A stretch of 63,242 nucleotides of DNA, counting the filler, from Sphacelaria rigidula (Eukaryota): NCBI GenBank assembly GCA_964200075.2. It is 11 parts of 11 records of this genome, joined end to end, with 100 filler letters (N's around TTAATTAATTAA, not from the genome) between each part and the next. Parts side by side here need not be neighbours in the genome. Positions count along the whole stretch, not along the records: positions 1 to 5,659 come from CAXNAA020025481.1; positions 5,760 to 11,418 come from CAXNAA020025482.1; positions 11,519 to 17,177 come from CAXNAA020025483.1; 8 more parts are not named here. One strand, 5' to 3'. This document shows positions 1 through 13,159 of the stretch, in pieces. The notes below the pieces were generated by a model that did not search any database, was not told the origin of the DNA, and was given only the letters and a program-made list of their open reading frames with translations. The position numbers and the translations under genes were made by a program. Positions within the stretch are counted from its first letter, which is position 1, and each line of letters starts with the position of its first letter.

Positions 1-1340
1 CAGTGTGTGTTTACGCACAAACACTACTCTTCACATGCAGCTGCGGGCGCAAGGTACTGGCGGAAAGAAGAACTGGTTAGGTTGGACGGGGAATCGATCC
101 CGGACCTTTGTCGTTGTACAATCTCTGTCTTACACACGGAGCTACGCGTGGTAGTCGGTAAGGATTGGTCAAGTTTTTGTACTTGTGAATTTTGGGGCCC
201 TCGAAGGTCCGTGTCAATAACACTGAAATCCTCCGAATTGTTTTTAGAGGCACAAGTGTAATGGAAATCTGAAATTTGGACAGCCGCTGCTGTTCGAAAT
301 AAATCCTAATTTCAAACTTGGAAGAGGGAAAAAAGGATTCATTCGAAATAAATCCTAATCCCAAACTTGAAATATAGTTGAGAGAGGATTCATTTCGAAG
401 AGCTTCAGTTGTACAGACAATTCCATATACACTGTATATAGCAGACGGAGTTTGTACACCACCAAGAACACCTGAAATTGGGTGAAGAAAAAACTTGCTC
501 GCGAGCAGCTTCAGCTGTTCAAGTCCTATTTACTGCACGCAAGCTTTTGTTGCAGCTGATGTCATGATAACAGATGGCAATTGGCCTCGCTGATAGATGC
601 ATACACCTGATGAAAACCCCGTAGTCCCGCGTCGACGAAACTAACACAATATACAGGGGATAATGAAACATCGATCTTATCGCATACTGCGTAATCGGGA
701 TACACATTCACAACAATAAACTATACTGGACTGTACAATACCATTGCATGCGGGACAGTGCGCTATACCGCCGTGCTTATACGTGCGGCGCCATGTACTG
801 CAGATGGCTGGCTATAAATACAATGTAGATGCCTGCAGCTTATTTTGATATATGGGGCGGGTGTTATATACCGTCACGAACTCCAGTTTTTCACGCCCAT
901 TCCACGTCATATATTTGCGCGCACAGCTGCTGCAGCACAGTAAGTAGGGCGTGAAAGGGAAGGGGAAAAGTATACAGTGTAGACAGCGCAGGACAATGTG
1001 TATATGTATGTTCTCTACCTGCAGTGCAACGTGAAAAGGACTTGAACAACGTGCAGCATATCGTACGCGCGGCCTGTATGCTGCACTACAGTATGTTATA
1101 TCGCGGTGCGTCCGCGATCCGCAGCATGCACATGATGGTGAGTGTGTATATGCATAACATAGGCGGCCGATTGATTCGCACCCGCGCCTGTACACGCACC
1201 CCGCGTATGCCGTCGCCGCGCGATGTCGCGACCATGAAAGAAGTAGGTGCTCAAGTTTCCACCAACGAGAATACATCATATCCACCCGCACGGTAGTGTG
1301 TATGTGTCTAAATCACTGTGCCCAACCCGTGCTCTTTGCT

Positions 1341-1500
1341 GCGGGGTTGTGGTGGTATAGCTGGGCGGAATAATACTGTTCTGCGGGCGGGTGCTTTTCT
1401 TGATGTTCGATTTGTGTGTATCGGGTTGTGGTGGTATAGCTGGGCGAAATAATAACACTGTTGTGCAGGCGCGTGCGTTCATTGATGTTCGATTTGTGTG
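1341..1500. repeat. Diverged tandem duplication, unit about 80 bp
   Basis: cgggttgtggtggtatagctgggcg...ttgatgttcgatttgtgtg occurs twice in tandem. Confidence 0.8.
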
Positions 1501-2599
1501 CGGTGATAAATATACGGAGTGATGGTCCACATATATACTATTCATATACGATTGATTCAGTGATGTTTTCTAAACATGGTTCGTATTAGTAGAGGACGGA
1601 ATACCTTTTTTTTAATGTGAAGATATTGACGAGGTATACCCGATCATCTGGTATCTTCCCACCTTCCCAAGGACTTCAGACGAAGCACAGGTGTGGACAT
1701 ACACACGTACCCAACGTGTGGGATCTCTATTCAGCGAAAGCGGTTGAGAGCTATTAATCCTTTAGCCCTTGTCCACATGGACTGGGGAGCAAAAGGATGA
1801 ACACCTTTCAGCAACTTCTTCTGCGTGTCGGATCCCATGCGCTGGTAACGATGCAGTATGCGGGATTTGCCCAGCAGCTGACGCTGCTCGCCATAAATCT
1901 CTTCTCCCCCAATCTCTGGATGAGCTCGAGGGAAAAGTAAATACTTCTTTCGAGCTTCTTCTGCCGGTCAAATTCCGGATCTGCCAGTGTGCATGGGATT
2001 TGCGCAGCAGAAGGAGCTGTTCGAAATAGATTATTTTTCGCTCATCTCAAAAATGGGCGAGAGAAGGATCGATCTTGAACAGCTTCTTCTGCTGTTCGAA
2101 ATATATATATATATATATATATTGCCGAAATTAATTGGGCGAGAAAATGATCTGTTCTGAAGAGCTTGTCCTTCTGTCCAAAATAAATTCCTTTTCGCTC
2201 GATTCAAATCGGGTGAAGAGGAATTTATCTCGAACAGGAGGACAAGCTATTATTGAAGATATACTAATTTACAGATTTTGTACCAAAATCTTTGGAGTTT
2301 TCGAAAGAAAAACTTGAGGTTTTTCCACCAAAACACGACCACATGACTGTGCAGGGCTTTGCTGACGTGCCTACACAGGGCTGCAAATCCAACCCTGGGG
2401 AAAACCCTATCAAAACCCTACGAGGGGTACAGATTTTGCATTTTACTGTCAGAGTTTTTTCACAAAGACTGTGGAGGACCCTGCACGGACCCTGCACAGT
2501 GCGCCCCACAGGGTGCTATGTGTCCACGTGTGTTCCCCCGGTGCAAACTCCGCTTTGAACAACGGACCGTCCGAGTCCCCGTCTAACACCGGCAACGGC

Positions 2600-3620
2600 C
2601 CGCCTTTCACCAACTCCTCCAGCGCAAACTCTGCCTCGAACACCGGCAGTGAACTCCCTGGAGCTAATTCCCCCAGCGCGAGCAGGCTACCGCTGTTCCC
2701 TGCCTCTAGGTTCAGGTCGACTGGTTGTCGTTCCGCAGGCGCGGCGGCCGCTGGTCGCTTCGCTGCGCTCACTGGTGTATCTACCTGCTGTTGTCGCTGC
2801 TGCTTGCTCAAAATGTGAGATTTGTTCCACCCGCGCACGCTTTGCCTCGTACACTGCTCGCTCCAGCTGGTTTTGATAGATGATACAAAAGTGCCGGCGA
2901 TGCCAAAACTGGCCGCAACCATCGCATTGGACGTGTTCCTGCTGTCCGCTCGTAAAGGACCATGCAGCCTTCCTCTCCAGCTGTTTGTGGTGAACGATGA
3001 ATAATTGCCGGTGATGTCCATAGTGGCCACAACCGTCGCCATTAACCTCGTATCGCCTGGGTGTGTCACAAATCTTGTCCAGATCCCATCAGCAAGTTAG
3101 GCGGAGGTGGAGACTTCTCTTGATACCAACCAGTGGCATTTGAGCCACACCCATACGGTCCCCCGATCCCCCATTTGGGCAATGAGTGATGTGGTTGACG
3201 CTGCTGGTAGAGCTGTTGTTGTTGTTGCTGCTGCGGTTGTATTAACGGCCGTTGTCGCCGCGGATGGAACTGTTGCCGTTGCTGCTGCGGGTGAGCTGGC
3301 TGCCGTTGCTGCTGCGGGCGTAGCTTTTAACGTTGCTGCTGCGGGTAAGCTGTTTGCGATTGGAATTGTTGCTATCGCTGCTGGAATCGTTGCTGCTGCT
3401 GTTGATGTCGTTGTTGGTGCAGCTGTTGATGCCGTTGCTTGTGTAGCTGCTGCTGTTACTGCTGCTGTAGCTGTTGATGTTGTTGCTCCTACAGCTGTTG
3501 ATGTCGTAGCTGCTGATGTTGTTGCTGCTGCAGTTGTTGTTGATGCCGTTGCTGCTGCAGCTGGCGATGCCTTCGCTACAGCCGCTGGTGATATTGTTGT
3601 CGCTGCATGTTGCCGATATA
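2600..3620 (-). mobile_element. Degenerate gag-like retroelement ORF: Q-rich region plus CCHC zinc knuckle(s)
   Basis: A minus frame missing from the ORF track reads ...NGDGCGHYGHHRQLF...VQCDGCGQFWHRRHFC. This is a perfect CX2CX4HX4C at 2885-2926 plus a decayed copy near 3000-3040. The upstream Q-rich frame ends in TGA one frame away (frameshift). Confidence 0.6.
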
Positions 3621-4010
3621 AAAACGGCTCAATGAGGCAACTGGCCGGAATACTAAAAAAATATCCCTGTTACCCCGCTTTGTCTTCTGCCACCTCTCGG
3701 CTCCCTCACACACACACACTGCACATTTCACACTTTTTTTACCACCTCCGGGCTACTTATCTCTTACCCACTCTTACCCTCCTCCTCCTATTCTTCTTCT
3801 CTCTTCTCCAGTTACCGTCTTACCCCAAACCATTCTCCATTCCTTCAGCCTCTCCTCGGCATCTGGTCACGTGACCTTTCCTCGCCCTTTGTTATCTTGT
3901 AGCCGCGACTAGACTTAATTGTTTAATCGTGCTTGTTTGGCAGGTGCTTGGATGAGGCAATATACATCTGTAGAAGGTTACCTCAATTCTTTGTTATTGA
4001 CATTGTATGC

Positions 4011-4256
4011 GACACTTTCTACAAGAGCCCCCCTCCACAAAGTTTGGGGAGGCACGATCTTCACGTAAATCGAAATAGAAAAAGCCGAGCACAACGAGCA
4101 GCTGGGAATTCCCACGCTTGGGTTCGTTTTCACCGATGTCGCCCATATGAGGCGCTTTATGCGGCCTGAACCTAAACATCAGGCGCTGTATGTCCATTTT
4201 TTTCGTGACATTTTTGGGCTGGTTCTTGGGGGGGACTATCGTAGACACAAGTGTCA
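4011..4256. mobile_element. MITE of about 250 bp, TIR GACACTTTCTACGATAGCCCCC; copies at ~11941-12197, ~29927-30175 and ~42590-42812 (partial)
   Basis: Terminal inverted repeats gacactttctac.../...gtagaaagtgtc and a shared interior (tgggaattcc..., gaagcgcctcatat) across four contigs. Confidence 0.8.
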
Positions 4257-4280
4257 TGCATGTGCACAGCGTACACACAC

Positions 4281-4770
4281 ATATATTTTTGCTGTTAAAA
4301 CTTCCCCTAGCTTGCCTTGTTGCGCATGGTTGCTCCGGTCTCTGAAGCAGCATTATGCATCTCCTTTTATACATTCGAAAAGACCTGTAGGGTGAGAGGA
4401 GGACCTTTCGTTAGCTTCCCTCGGGTGTCACGAAAACCTGTTGCAGCGTTCGTGGTACTCTAGCCAAAAGAAGTATAGCGCCGACGCTCGTGTTTCGGAA
4501 AAGAAATTCCGTCGGTGGAAACCATTTACGGGTATAAACTGAGAAATTTCAAGGGTGAAAACTCCCTGACCTTTGCGATATTTCTTAGGGCTCGGATCCC
4601 CGCCCGGCACCGTGTTTCTTCAAAGGTGAGAGAATAGGAAGGAAGCGACTTCCCCCACGTAGTGACAGCCGTTTCGAATGTATAAACGGCTGCGTATATG
4701 GCTTCAGAGACCGGAGAAACCATGTGTGACAAGGCGAGCTAGGGGAAGTCCCAGCAGAGGAGAAATATCC
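4281..4770. mobile_element. Foldback/MITE with ~110-bp imperfect inverted arms
   Basis: 4298-4380 (acttcccctagcttgccttg...ctccggtctctgaagc...tatacattcgaaa) is the reverse complement of 4671-4750. Confidence 0.75.
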
Positions 4771-5659
4771 AAAGTTGCTTGCATTGGTAAAACCTTTCGG
4801 GCAAGAACGTGAAATTTCGCAAGGGGAGTTGAACCCTATTTCAATGTTGAACGCCATCACCCGAAGACTATGTTTCAATATATACGAAGCAAGTTGTTGT
4901 GTCGTTTGCGTTGTGTGCCGTGTTTCTTAACTTGTTGTGCCGTTTACGCGCGCGCGCCTAACAACGGTCGTGCGATATGTCAATCACTCCGCAGGGTCTC
5001 GTTTGTTTGAAGTGGGGATTACCGAAGGCAGGGTTTCGAGTCTTTAGAGTGTAGGAATAGGTTAAAGAAGCGTTGGAGACATCCTTCGACCATTCGATTT
5101 TGTGCCGTGCGGTGGGTTGGACGGCGGCTGTGAAAGGCCGATAGTGGTCAGATAGGGGTACACTTTGGAATTGTGAGGTACACCATAAGACAAGATAGGG
5201 ATACAAGATAACGTTAGTTGTTTCTGGTGCGTACACCTACCCCATTGTCGGACAAAATACGATATCCTGCGGGGACTTAGCTTTCCGCGGTGCTGTTTGG
5301 CCCTAAATCGCGATTTGATTTCGCGAGCATTGGTGTACATGCTCTGCATGGGCTGTGGGCGCCTTGGTTTTGCGTCGGCATTGAGTTTTGAGTGGTTTGG
5401 GCCTGGCACGAACAGTTCTAACTTGCGCGTTTACCTGTACCTACTTCTGGGCTGGAATAGGGGATGATGTACCCACTTTTGAGTGATGCTACGGTAGGGG
5501 TGCAGAAATATTTTCTGAGGCTGGAATTGTTAGGAGCCCTTTATCTCATGCAAAACACGACCTATGAAAATATTTCAAAGTACGCCAGGATTACTTTTTC
5601 AGTGTGCTAGAGATATCCCGAATAAATTTGCAAACGGGGATGCCCTGATCCATATTTTC

Positions 5660-5759
5660 NNNNNNNNNNNNNNNNNNNNNNNNNNNNNNNNNNNNNNNNN
5701 NNNTTAATTAATTAANNNNNNNNNNNNNNNNNNNNNNNNNNNNNNNNNNNNNNNNNNNN
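5660..5759. other. Artificial contig spacer N44-TTAATTAATTAA-N44; identical spacers at 11419, 17178, 22937, 28695, 34453, 40211, 45969, 51727 and 57485
   Basis: Ten 100-nt spacers carrying a six-frame stop linker separate contigs of 5659 bp (first four) and 5658 bp (last seven), i.e. a length-sorted concatenation. Confidence 0.98.
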
Positions 5760-6620
5760 CACGCAGCCCAGACACGTGGAATGGCGCAAAAGTTACGTGG
5801 GTACCCCTTGGACCAGCGATCAACTGGTTTCTCCCTTTTGGGCAATCAGGCCAAAGAAATCGTGAATTTGATGATTTTGAGTCGTGATGATTTATCTGTC
5901 CTAACCGTGAAACGTTTGAGGATGATCGGAGCATTTCTACGACAGGTAGGAGGGATTCATAAAAGTGAAAATCCGACGACGCTAAAACCACACATCACCG
6001 GAATATCACGGCGTGGGGAATGACTCAATCCCCTACAAAGCGTTTTCAGGTCTGCTTCTTGCGTCAGATTCCCGACCTGATGACGGTTTTTCAAGGTCTT
6101 CACTCATCATGAGATGGAGTGAAACATGTGTCAGAAATTCGCATTTTTCATCCCTTTGCGACCGTTGATGTAAAAATGACATTACAATTGACGTTTTCTT
6201 GGGCAAGATATGGCTGTTTCTCTGCAACTGTTGATGATGAATCCCACCGAAACGGTGCTTCACTCCAAAAGCTCAAATATACTCATGTGACAGATTCGTG
6301 CCCCGAACTCGAAGTGGCGTTTTCCCCGTGACGAAAGCTCGCATGTGGGAGTTTGTGCTGTTTTTCGCGAGTTCCAAAAAGGGTTGAAAACAATACGAAG
6401 GCCCCTGACTGGCAAAAACAAAATTGCACTACTAGCGCCATAGCAACGGACACAATAAAAATTTTCTCAATGTCACACTGTTCGCTCGATCATGGCGGTC
6501 ACCATGATACCATGTTGTCTTTCCCTTGTCCCAAAAATAAAATCCAACCATCCATCCTCATCCAATCTTGAATTTATGTATTCATTTATTTTTTCATTTA
6601 TTTATTCATTTATTCAATGT

Positions 6621-6651
<31 letters not shown>

Positions 6652-6932
6652 GGTTTCTGTGGGGTCAGCTTTACGTTCTTCATCTAGTGTGGAATAAAAT
6701 TTCGAGCATTCCCCCTCAACCAGCCTGTAACTACTGTCCAAGAGGTTCATCATAAGCCGCCTCTCGCACTTGAGATCACACGGACAGTTTTCTTCACTCA
6801 CAACAACCAGCGCGCACTGCACGGCAACAACGCCATCCGCGAAATGCTCGCGGAACCAACACATACAACGACTGCACACACAACGCATAACAATAAAAAA
6901 AAAGTACCGTGAGCTAGCGCTAGTTCACTCAC

Positions 6933-7539
6933 CTGCCAATAGGAAGAAGCCTTATCGTCACTACTCGGGTTGGGACGCCCTCCCCCTTCCCCCGACACGG
7001 TCGCCGCCGCCGCCGCTTCATCAGCACCCAGATGAGCACCACCTCCGCCACGACCATCGCCATCGACGGCATCAACAACACGCCGCGGAGCGACCCCGTG
7101 CTTCGACCCTTCAAGAGGCTTCAAAAAATCATCCAGACCGAAAACGGTCGCCTCCTGCGCACCAACACCAACAACCATGCCGGCAGCACCGCCACCGTTT
7201 ACCGCCACACTACTAGACCCCACAGGAGCAGTAGCTTCAGTCAGAGACGACGACGACGACGACGACGACGACGACACTGATGGCACATCGCTGCTGCTGC
7301 CGCCATTGGATCGACCGTACATATTTTGCAGCTCCTCGACGGCCTGACGCCACCGTCCTGCTTTCCCCAGCCCCGCTAGCAAGGCACGTCTCATTTCCCA
7401 CAACGCCTCCGTCGTGACTAGCGGCTTTTCTCCAGCCTGGGAGGTGGATGCCATCGCGCCTTGTGCCTCGGAGAGTAGCACTTGGATCATGCTCCACTGC
7501 CCGGACAAAGCACACGCGTAGGCAGCCGCTACAAATGCG
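6933..7539 (-). CDS. PPR protein, exon 4
   Basis: AFVAAAYACALSGQW...LLAGLGKAGRWRQAVEELQNM followed by an S/G-rich region. CAG acceptor phase 2; CAG|GTGAGT donor. Confidence 0.82.
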
Positions 7540-7598
7540 CTGTACGACCAGCAGGGGTGCGGGGGTCGGGGAGGGGGGAAGGGGGGGAAGGGGGGGGG

Positions 7599-7875
7599 GT
7601 ACTCATGATCTTGCATGCCATAGTCATATGACCATTGGTCTCGCATCCCTACAAAGCCGGGACAGAGCACACCGGGTTTTCGCCGGACCAGGCTCGCACG
7701 CAATCACCAAGCGCGAAGCGCTGTGATGTGTTCGGCGAGTCGCATGAAGGGCGAGCTGCACCCTGCTAAGATTGTTCAGCTCGAAGCCTACTGATTATTT
7801 TGCACTTGGATTACAGCTTCCAATGAGTTGCTTCATCTTCTGGTATCGCCACTTTCAGAGACAGCCGCGGCTTAC
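7599..7875 (-). mobile_element. Poly(C)-terminated element, subfamily A; other copies ~13960-14222(-), 28568-28609(-), ~34560-34600(+), 40311-40449(+), ~46240-46511(+)
   Basis: Shared sequence ...GTCCCGGCTTTGTAGGGATGCGAGRYCAATGGTCATATGACTATGGCATGCAAGATCATGAGTAC ending in a C-rich tract. Confidence 0.85.
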
Positions 7876-8505
7876 ACACTTCCTTAGGAGTGTCTCACCA
7901 TTTAAACACCACGTATTACGATTATCTCTTTTGCGCGCAGTCCACAATATGATCTAGCTTGACCACAATCATGGCAGGGGGGGGGATGGCAATGTTTGGA
8001 TCTGGGTAATTGAGGAGGAACAGCTATCTCTACTATTCACAACAGAGGTGATGCCATCAGCTGACCAGACCGAAGTCGATCCATTCGTAGTTTCTACTTA
8101 GTGCTGGAAGATGACTGACGGAACGAACGACAAAACACCTGGGTACAGGTAACTAACATATATCAAAATCGCAAAACTCGATGCAGAAGTCAGAAGTGCA
8201 AAAAACATCGTATGGACAAAGTACAGAAGCGCATTGCAGACGGTCGATGTACCAATAGTGCGAGTGGAAAATCGTTCTCGATATCTAGGTTACTTACTCC
8301 CTCTGATCGAAGTCATAAGGTCGATTTGGAAATCTACTACATAAGGTCGATTTGTACGTTAGGCCTACAGTGTATTGCGGTCGGCGTACGGACAAGAAAT
8401 GGTGCAAGATATGTTCGGAAATCACCCGATATGAATAAAAAAATCGACCTCAGAGGTTACTGGAATCTGGGGATGCAGGCTCAACATCCCCGGGTTGTGG
8501 AATAA

Positions 8506-8540
8506 CCTTAAGCCTAGCCCTAGCCCTAGCCCTAACCCAC
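8506..8540 (+). repeat. Short interstitial telomere-like repeat (CCCTAG)n-CCCTAA
   Basis: ccttaagcctagccctagccctagccctaaccc. Confidence 0.5.
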
Positions 8541-9053
8541 GTGGTGGGTGATATGAGAGAACCAAGTTGTCGGGAATTTAAAAAATGCCAGAAATGACAG
8601 TCCCGTGTGTGTCTCGAATCCGCTCTATTTTGTTTTTTCCGAAAAGTCATGGGAACGTCTCTCAACGGAGCTTCAATGTTCAGGGGGGTGACTTCGGCCT
8701 ACTGCTGGTGACATGCAAGCACCACTTTTTCTAGCTAATCGCAAAAACAACTGAATTGGCAGTCCTGCACGAGCGTCTCGAGTCTGTGCAAACAAACGAG
8801 CGGAAGAAATCGAAAAAAGGCGAAGATATGCTGGGGCATTTCCAAAGCGACCTTACATCTTGGATCAGACGGAGTATTTTATCAACCTCTGGCTTCCATC
8901 AAAGGGGATACAGTATATGCGCAAAATGACAAGTACCTCCCGTCCTCCATCGTCATGAACAGGAGACATCAAACTTAGATGAAGGGGAGGAGGTCAGACA
9001 CATGTACCTATCGTATAATCGTACCTAGCTCCTCGCAACACGAACACACGTAC

Positions 9054-9287
9054 CTCTCGTCAAACGAGTCTCCGTAGCGCGCCCTCATCACATCCAAGCG
9101 CTCTACCGCCTGTTCCCACTGCCCCACTCGGCCCAGCACCACGATGCACAGCCTTTCCAACTGAAGAAGGTCAGCGGTCGACCACCTCAGCTGTCCTACT
9201 GCTCCGCCTCCTGTCTCTCGACAAGAATGCAGAACGTCGTTGATAGCGTCTAGGGCCAGGTCTGGGCGCCCATCTTCCAGGCAAACC
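9054..9287 (-). CDS. PPR protein, exon 3
   Basis: VCLEDGRPDLAL...LGRVGQWEQAVERLDVMR. CAG acceptor phase 2 matches the previous donor; AG|GTACGT donor phase 2. Confidence 0.85.
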
Positions 9288-9690
9288 CTGTGGCGATTTG
9301 AAAGCCGAAACACGGAAGGATGTCGCAACAAGCATTGAGTAACAACTGGGGTATGCTGTGAAATCGATAACCAAAAAAATGCCCTCTGGATTCATGACTT
9401 GACAATACCGAAAATCACGAAAAAAAAGGGGGTGCGGTAACATGCACTATGGACCACAACTACGCTTTGAAACGTCGTGCTCGGCTGCTGCCAAGGGACG
9501 GAACGTGTTCCATCACAGGCGCGGCCCTTGATACGTACATGACGTTCGCTGTACTGTGGCAACAATCTTCAGTCGTATATTCCCCATCTTCCAGCCAGCG
9601 GCTCAAGGACGTTTGTATCTTCCTTCTCGGGCGCCATAGCCCCCCCCCCCGTCAGTTTTTCTAGCTTTTCATTCAGGCACACAGACACAC

Positions 9691-9863
9691 CTCGCTAAAA
9701 TTTCGAAACTGGTCACGTCCGGGTCAAGCCCCTTGCTCGCCATGCCCTTCACAAGACACTCAGCGGCCACTGCTGCCAGCCCATCTCCCCCTGCGCCGGC
9801 GCGGCATGCTCGTAACGCCTGGTGGTAAGAGGCAGCATCGGGTTCCACTCCATCCAAAGTCAT
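9691..9863 (-). CDS. PPR protein, exon 2
   Basis: MTLDGVEPDAASYHQALRAC...MASKGLDPDVTSFEILAR. AAG acceptor phase 0; AG|GTGTGT donor phase 2. Confidence 0.85.
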
Positions 9864-10189
9864 CTTTCCGGGAGGGGGGAGCGCGCGCGGGGGGGGGAGC
9901 GTACTCATTTACTCATTTGATGCTTGCTATAGTCGTTCGACCATTAACCACGCATCCCTTTCGAGACGGAGCACCGTTCCTACTCCTNNNNNNNNNNCTC
10001 CTAATAGAGCCACCTCCAACATTCCGGCGCTTATTACATTTCTTCCATATATTACACAAAAACCTTTTACATATCATATCCCCGTCCTGTCTTGCCTGGG
10101 GGGGAAGTCGAATGTTCAAGACTGGCGCTGGAGAAAACGAAGACGGGGGATGGTAATACGAAGTAGTCAAGGATGACATTTTTTCTTCT

Positions 10190-10488
10190 CCTCACACTTT
10201 GAACCTCTCCCCTTCCTCGGGATGAGTCCGTGGTCTCAAGGGATCAACCCATCTCTCCCCCGGTACGTGTCTTTCATTTTGACCTCGCGGATTGGATCAG
10301 CACTCCTGCACCGCGTCAACTCACGTCACACAGAGCCAGTCGACTACTTTTGTTTACTTACGCTCTCACGCTTTCCACGGCGGAAATCATACATTACAAA
10401 GAAAAAACCCGACGCATCGGGAATCGAACCCCCGTTCTCTCCACCCTAATGGCAACAGTCGGACCATGACACCACCGGGGCGCGGCAG
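10190..10488 (-). mobile_element. tRNA-derived SINE family S1; copies ~27510-27808, ~27870-28195 and ~34700-34856
   Basis: Minus-strand head with A box (TGGTGTAATGG in the 27.8-kb copy) and B box GGTTCGATTCC, followed by a conserved ~230-nt body. Confidence 0.78.
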
Positions 10489-10659
10489 CATTTCGAAAAA
10501 AACTAGAGAGGCTGCTGTGCGTGCCCGCACGTGCTGTCCCAAAACATCGATAGGTATCACTCTAAAACAGTTGACATGAAGAGATGCGACCTTCACAACC
10601 AGCACCGACTTCTCTTCCCTCCCCCCCCCACCACACCCAGAGTGCCATACATAACGCAC

Positions 10660-11151
10660 CTTAAACCTCACTAGCTCCACGGCTTGTTCCCACTCCCCAC
10701 GCTCTGCAAACGCTCTTATTAAGGAGGCATACATGGCAGCATTTCGCGCAACCCCATCCTCCCGCATGTGCTCCATCAGCCCCAGCACGGCCTGCGGCTG
10801 TCCTGCCTTCGCGCACGCCCTGCACGCGCAGTCGTATGCCGATTGCCCTGGACTCACGTGAACACCACTACTCGCTGCACCCGCCGCCGCCGCCGCCGAT
10901 GATGATGAGGATGGTGATCGTGATATCCACGTCACCTCCCCACTGCCGCCGGAGCCATCAACAGCAGCGCCGCTTCGCATCGATTGGATCAAGGTCACGG
11001 CTTCCTGCCAGGCCCCATTGTCCCCCAGCGCATTGATGACGCTGCAGTATAGCTGCTCGTCTAGGCAAGCGCCCGCGATCGTGGACATCGCCGCCGCCGC
11101 GCGGGGAATGAGAGCCAATGCATCTTCCCACCTACCCGCTAGTCCGTACGC
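10660..11151 (-). CDS. Pentatricopeptide-repeat protein, internal exon 1 of 4 seen
   Basis: PPR motifs LYCSVINALGDNGAWQEAVTLIQSM, AYDCACRACAKAGQPQAVLGLMEHMREDGV and MYASLIRAFAERGEWEQAVEL. TAG acceptor; AAG|GTGCGT donor, phase 0. Confidence 0.88.
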
Positions 11152-11568
11152 CTAGAGACGGAGCAGAGACGGCAACGAAAAAATGTATTCCATTGCACGG
11201 CGGGGCTTAGGGTCTGCTGAGCTGTAGAAATAGTAGGGATCGAGTCAGAGTGATTTTTCCGCAACGAGAGGGAACTGTGAGCTGATTAAGAGAAGGAATT
11301 ACCAAATACTTCTGACTTCTCATTTATTTTAAAATATGCAAAAACTACAGATTTGTTAAATCTTTCAAAAAATGAATATCTCAAGTTAAACGATAAAATA
11401 TTAACGTTTAAGCTAAATNNNNNNNNNNNNNNNNNNNNNNNNNNNNNNNNNNNNNNNNNNNNTTAATTAATTAANNNNNNNNNNNNNNNNNNNNNNNNNN
11501 NNNNNNNNNNNNNNNNNNGGGTGGGTGGGGGGGGGGGGGGGGGGGGTGCGCCCTGGAGCGGGGGGGGG

Positions 11569-11611
<43 letters not shown>

Positions 11612-13159
11612 CGTAATCATTTGTTGCTTGAATTAGTCGTTTGACCATTCATCGCGCATTCCTTTCGACACGGAGCACCCCGAAGGGGAGGTCCGATAGA
11701 GTATGTCAAGAAAGGGGCCTACGGCCCGTCATTGACTCTCATTGAATAAACTTTGTTTACTACTCATGCCTTCATATTTCCCACGACGGAAACCAATTAC
11801 ACGTCAATAAGACGGACCCATTTGCCTTTGTCGGGACCAGTAGAGAACCCGTATTTTTGGCGACCTATTTTTTGGTGTCACTTGTACCGATCATACCATG
11901 GAAGGGCACTGCGGCAGGCCTTCAAAAGTATATATCTTAGAACACTCTTTATGATACCCCCCCCCCCCCCGAAAAAAAACAGCCTAAAACTGTCACGAAG
12001 AAAATGGTCATGCAGCACCTGATGTCTGGTTTCAGGCTGCACGAAGCGCCTCATATGGGCGACATGGGCGGAAACGATTTCAAGCGTTCGAATTCCCAGC
12101 TACTCGTTGTGCCCGGCTTCTTTCATTTTGATTCGTGTGTATATTATGCCTCCTCAAGCCAGCCACCTTTTGTGGGGGGGCTACCGTAGAAAGCGTATTT
12201 AACCCTGTGGGAACCCTCCCCTTCCGTCCCCGGGCCAGACGCCTCATTGTTCCAAGCACTGGCATTCAAGTTCTGGCAAAGAAGAAAAGAGGGGAACAGA
12301 GAAGACCGACGGCAACCATTTTCATGGCGGAAAGCCGCAGAAGAATCCACCAGCGTACGTCATGCGTGCACCAAAAATGTCACCCAGCTGCAGTCAGATT
12401 CATTTTGACCAGTGAGGGACGCAACGGGTCAAGTTTGTTCAAGTTTGTGCTCACAGCCCAAGTCAGCACTTGGGTGCCAGAAGTCTATACAAACTAAAAT
12501 CAGCACCGTGTGTCTATTTTCTATATACGGAGTCCAAAGCGGCGCTAGTGCACATTATTGTACGGGCCTGAAAAACACGGGTCGGGCTAATAGTTTTGCG
12601 TGAAACCTGCAAGCACTCAACCATATGCCGTTGAAAAAACAGCACCTCGAAACCCAGACTTTTCCATTGTCAGTAGAAAAAGGGTTGAAACAAGCGCTTA
12701 AACTTCCACCACACCTCGACCAACTGGGGGAAAGAGGTTTCCTAGTCTCTTTTCTCGACGTCTCTCTTGTTTTATTTCATGTTATTTTGCCTTGTTTTCG
12801 GAATCTCAGAAAAAGCAATGAGTGTTCTGTGTATGTAAGGAACAGAAATGCCGATACTGAAATTGCGAGCCCATGTCTGTAACCACGGGTTCGATATATC
12901 GGGCTCTTGTGCGGAAATAGAATAGTAGTAGTAGTAGTAGCAGCAGCAGCAGTAACAACAACAATGAATAATAAAGATTAATTCAAATGAAAATAATAAC
13001 GATATATGATAATAATGATGATAATGATAATATAGTAGCAATATGTACTACTACTGCTAGTACGACTGATAATACTTCTACTAATACTACTAATACTACT
13101 ACTATTATAATAACAACAACAACATGGGAACGAGCAAATGAGCGAACAGGTAAACTCGC

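Noticed and set aside
3107..3874. 255-aa Ala/Val-rich membrane-like ORF
   Set aside because: Antisense shadow of a CAG/CAA-rich region.
6610..6850. Possible further PPR exon (HFADGVVAVQCAL...)
   Set aside because: It would need a rare GAG acceptor and shows no PPR motif, so it is unsupported without transcripts.
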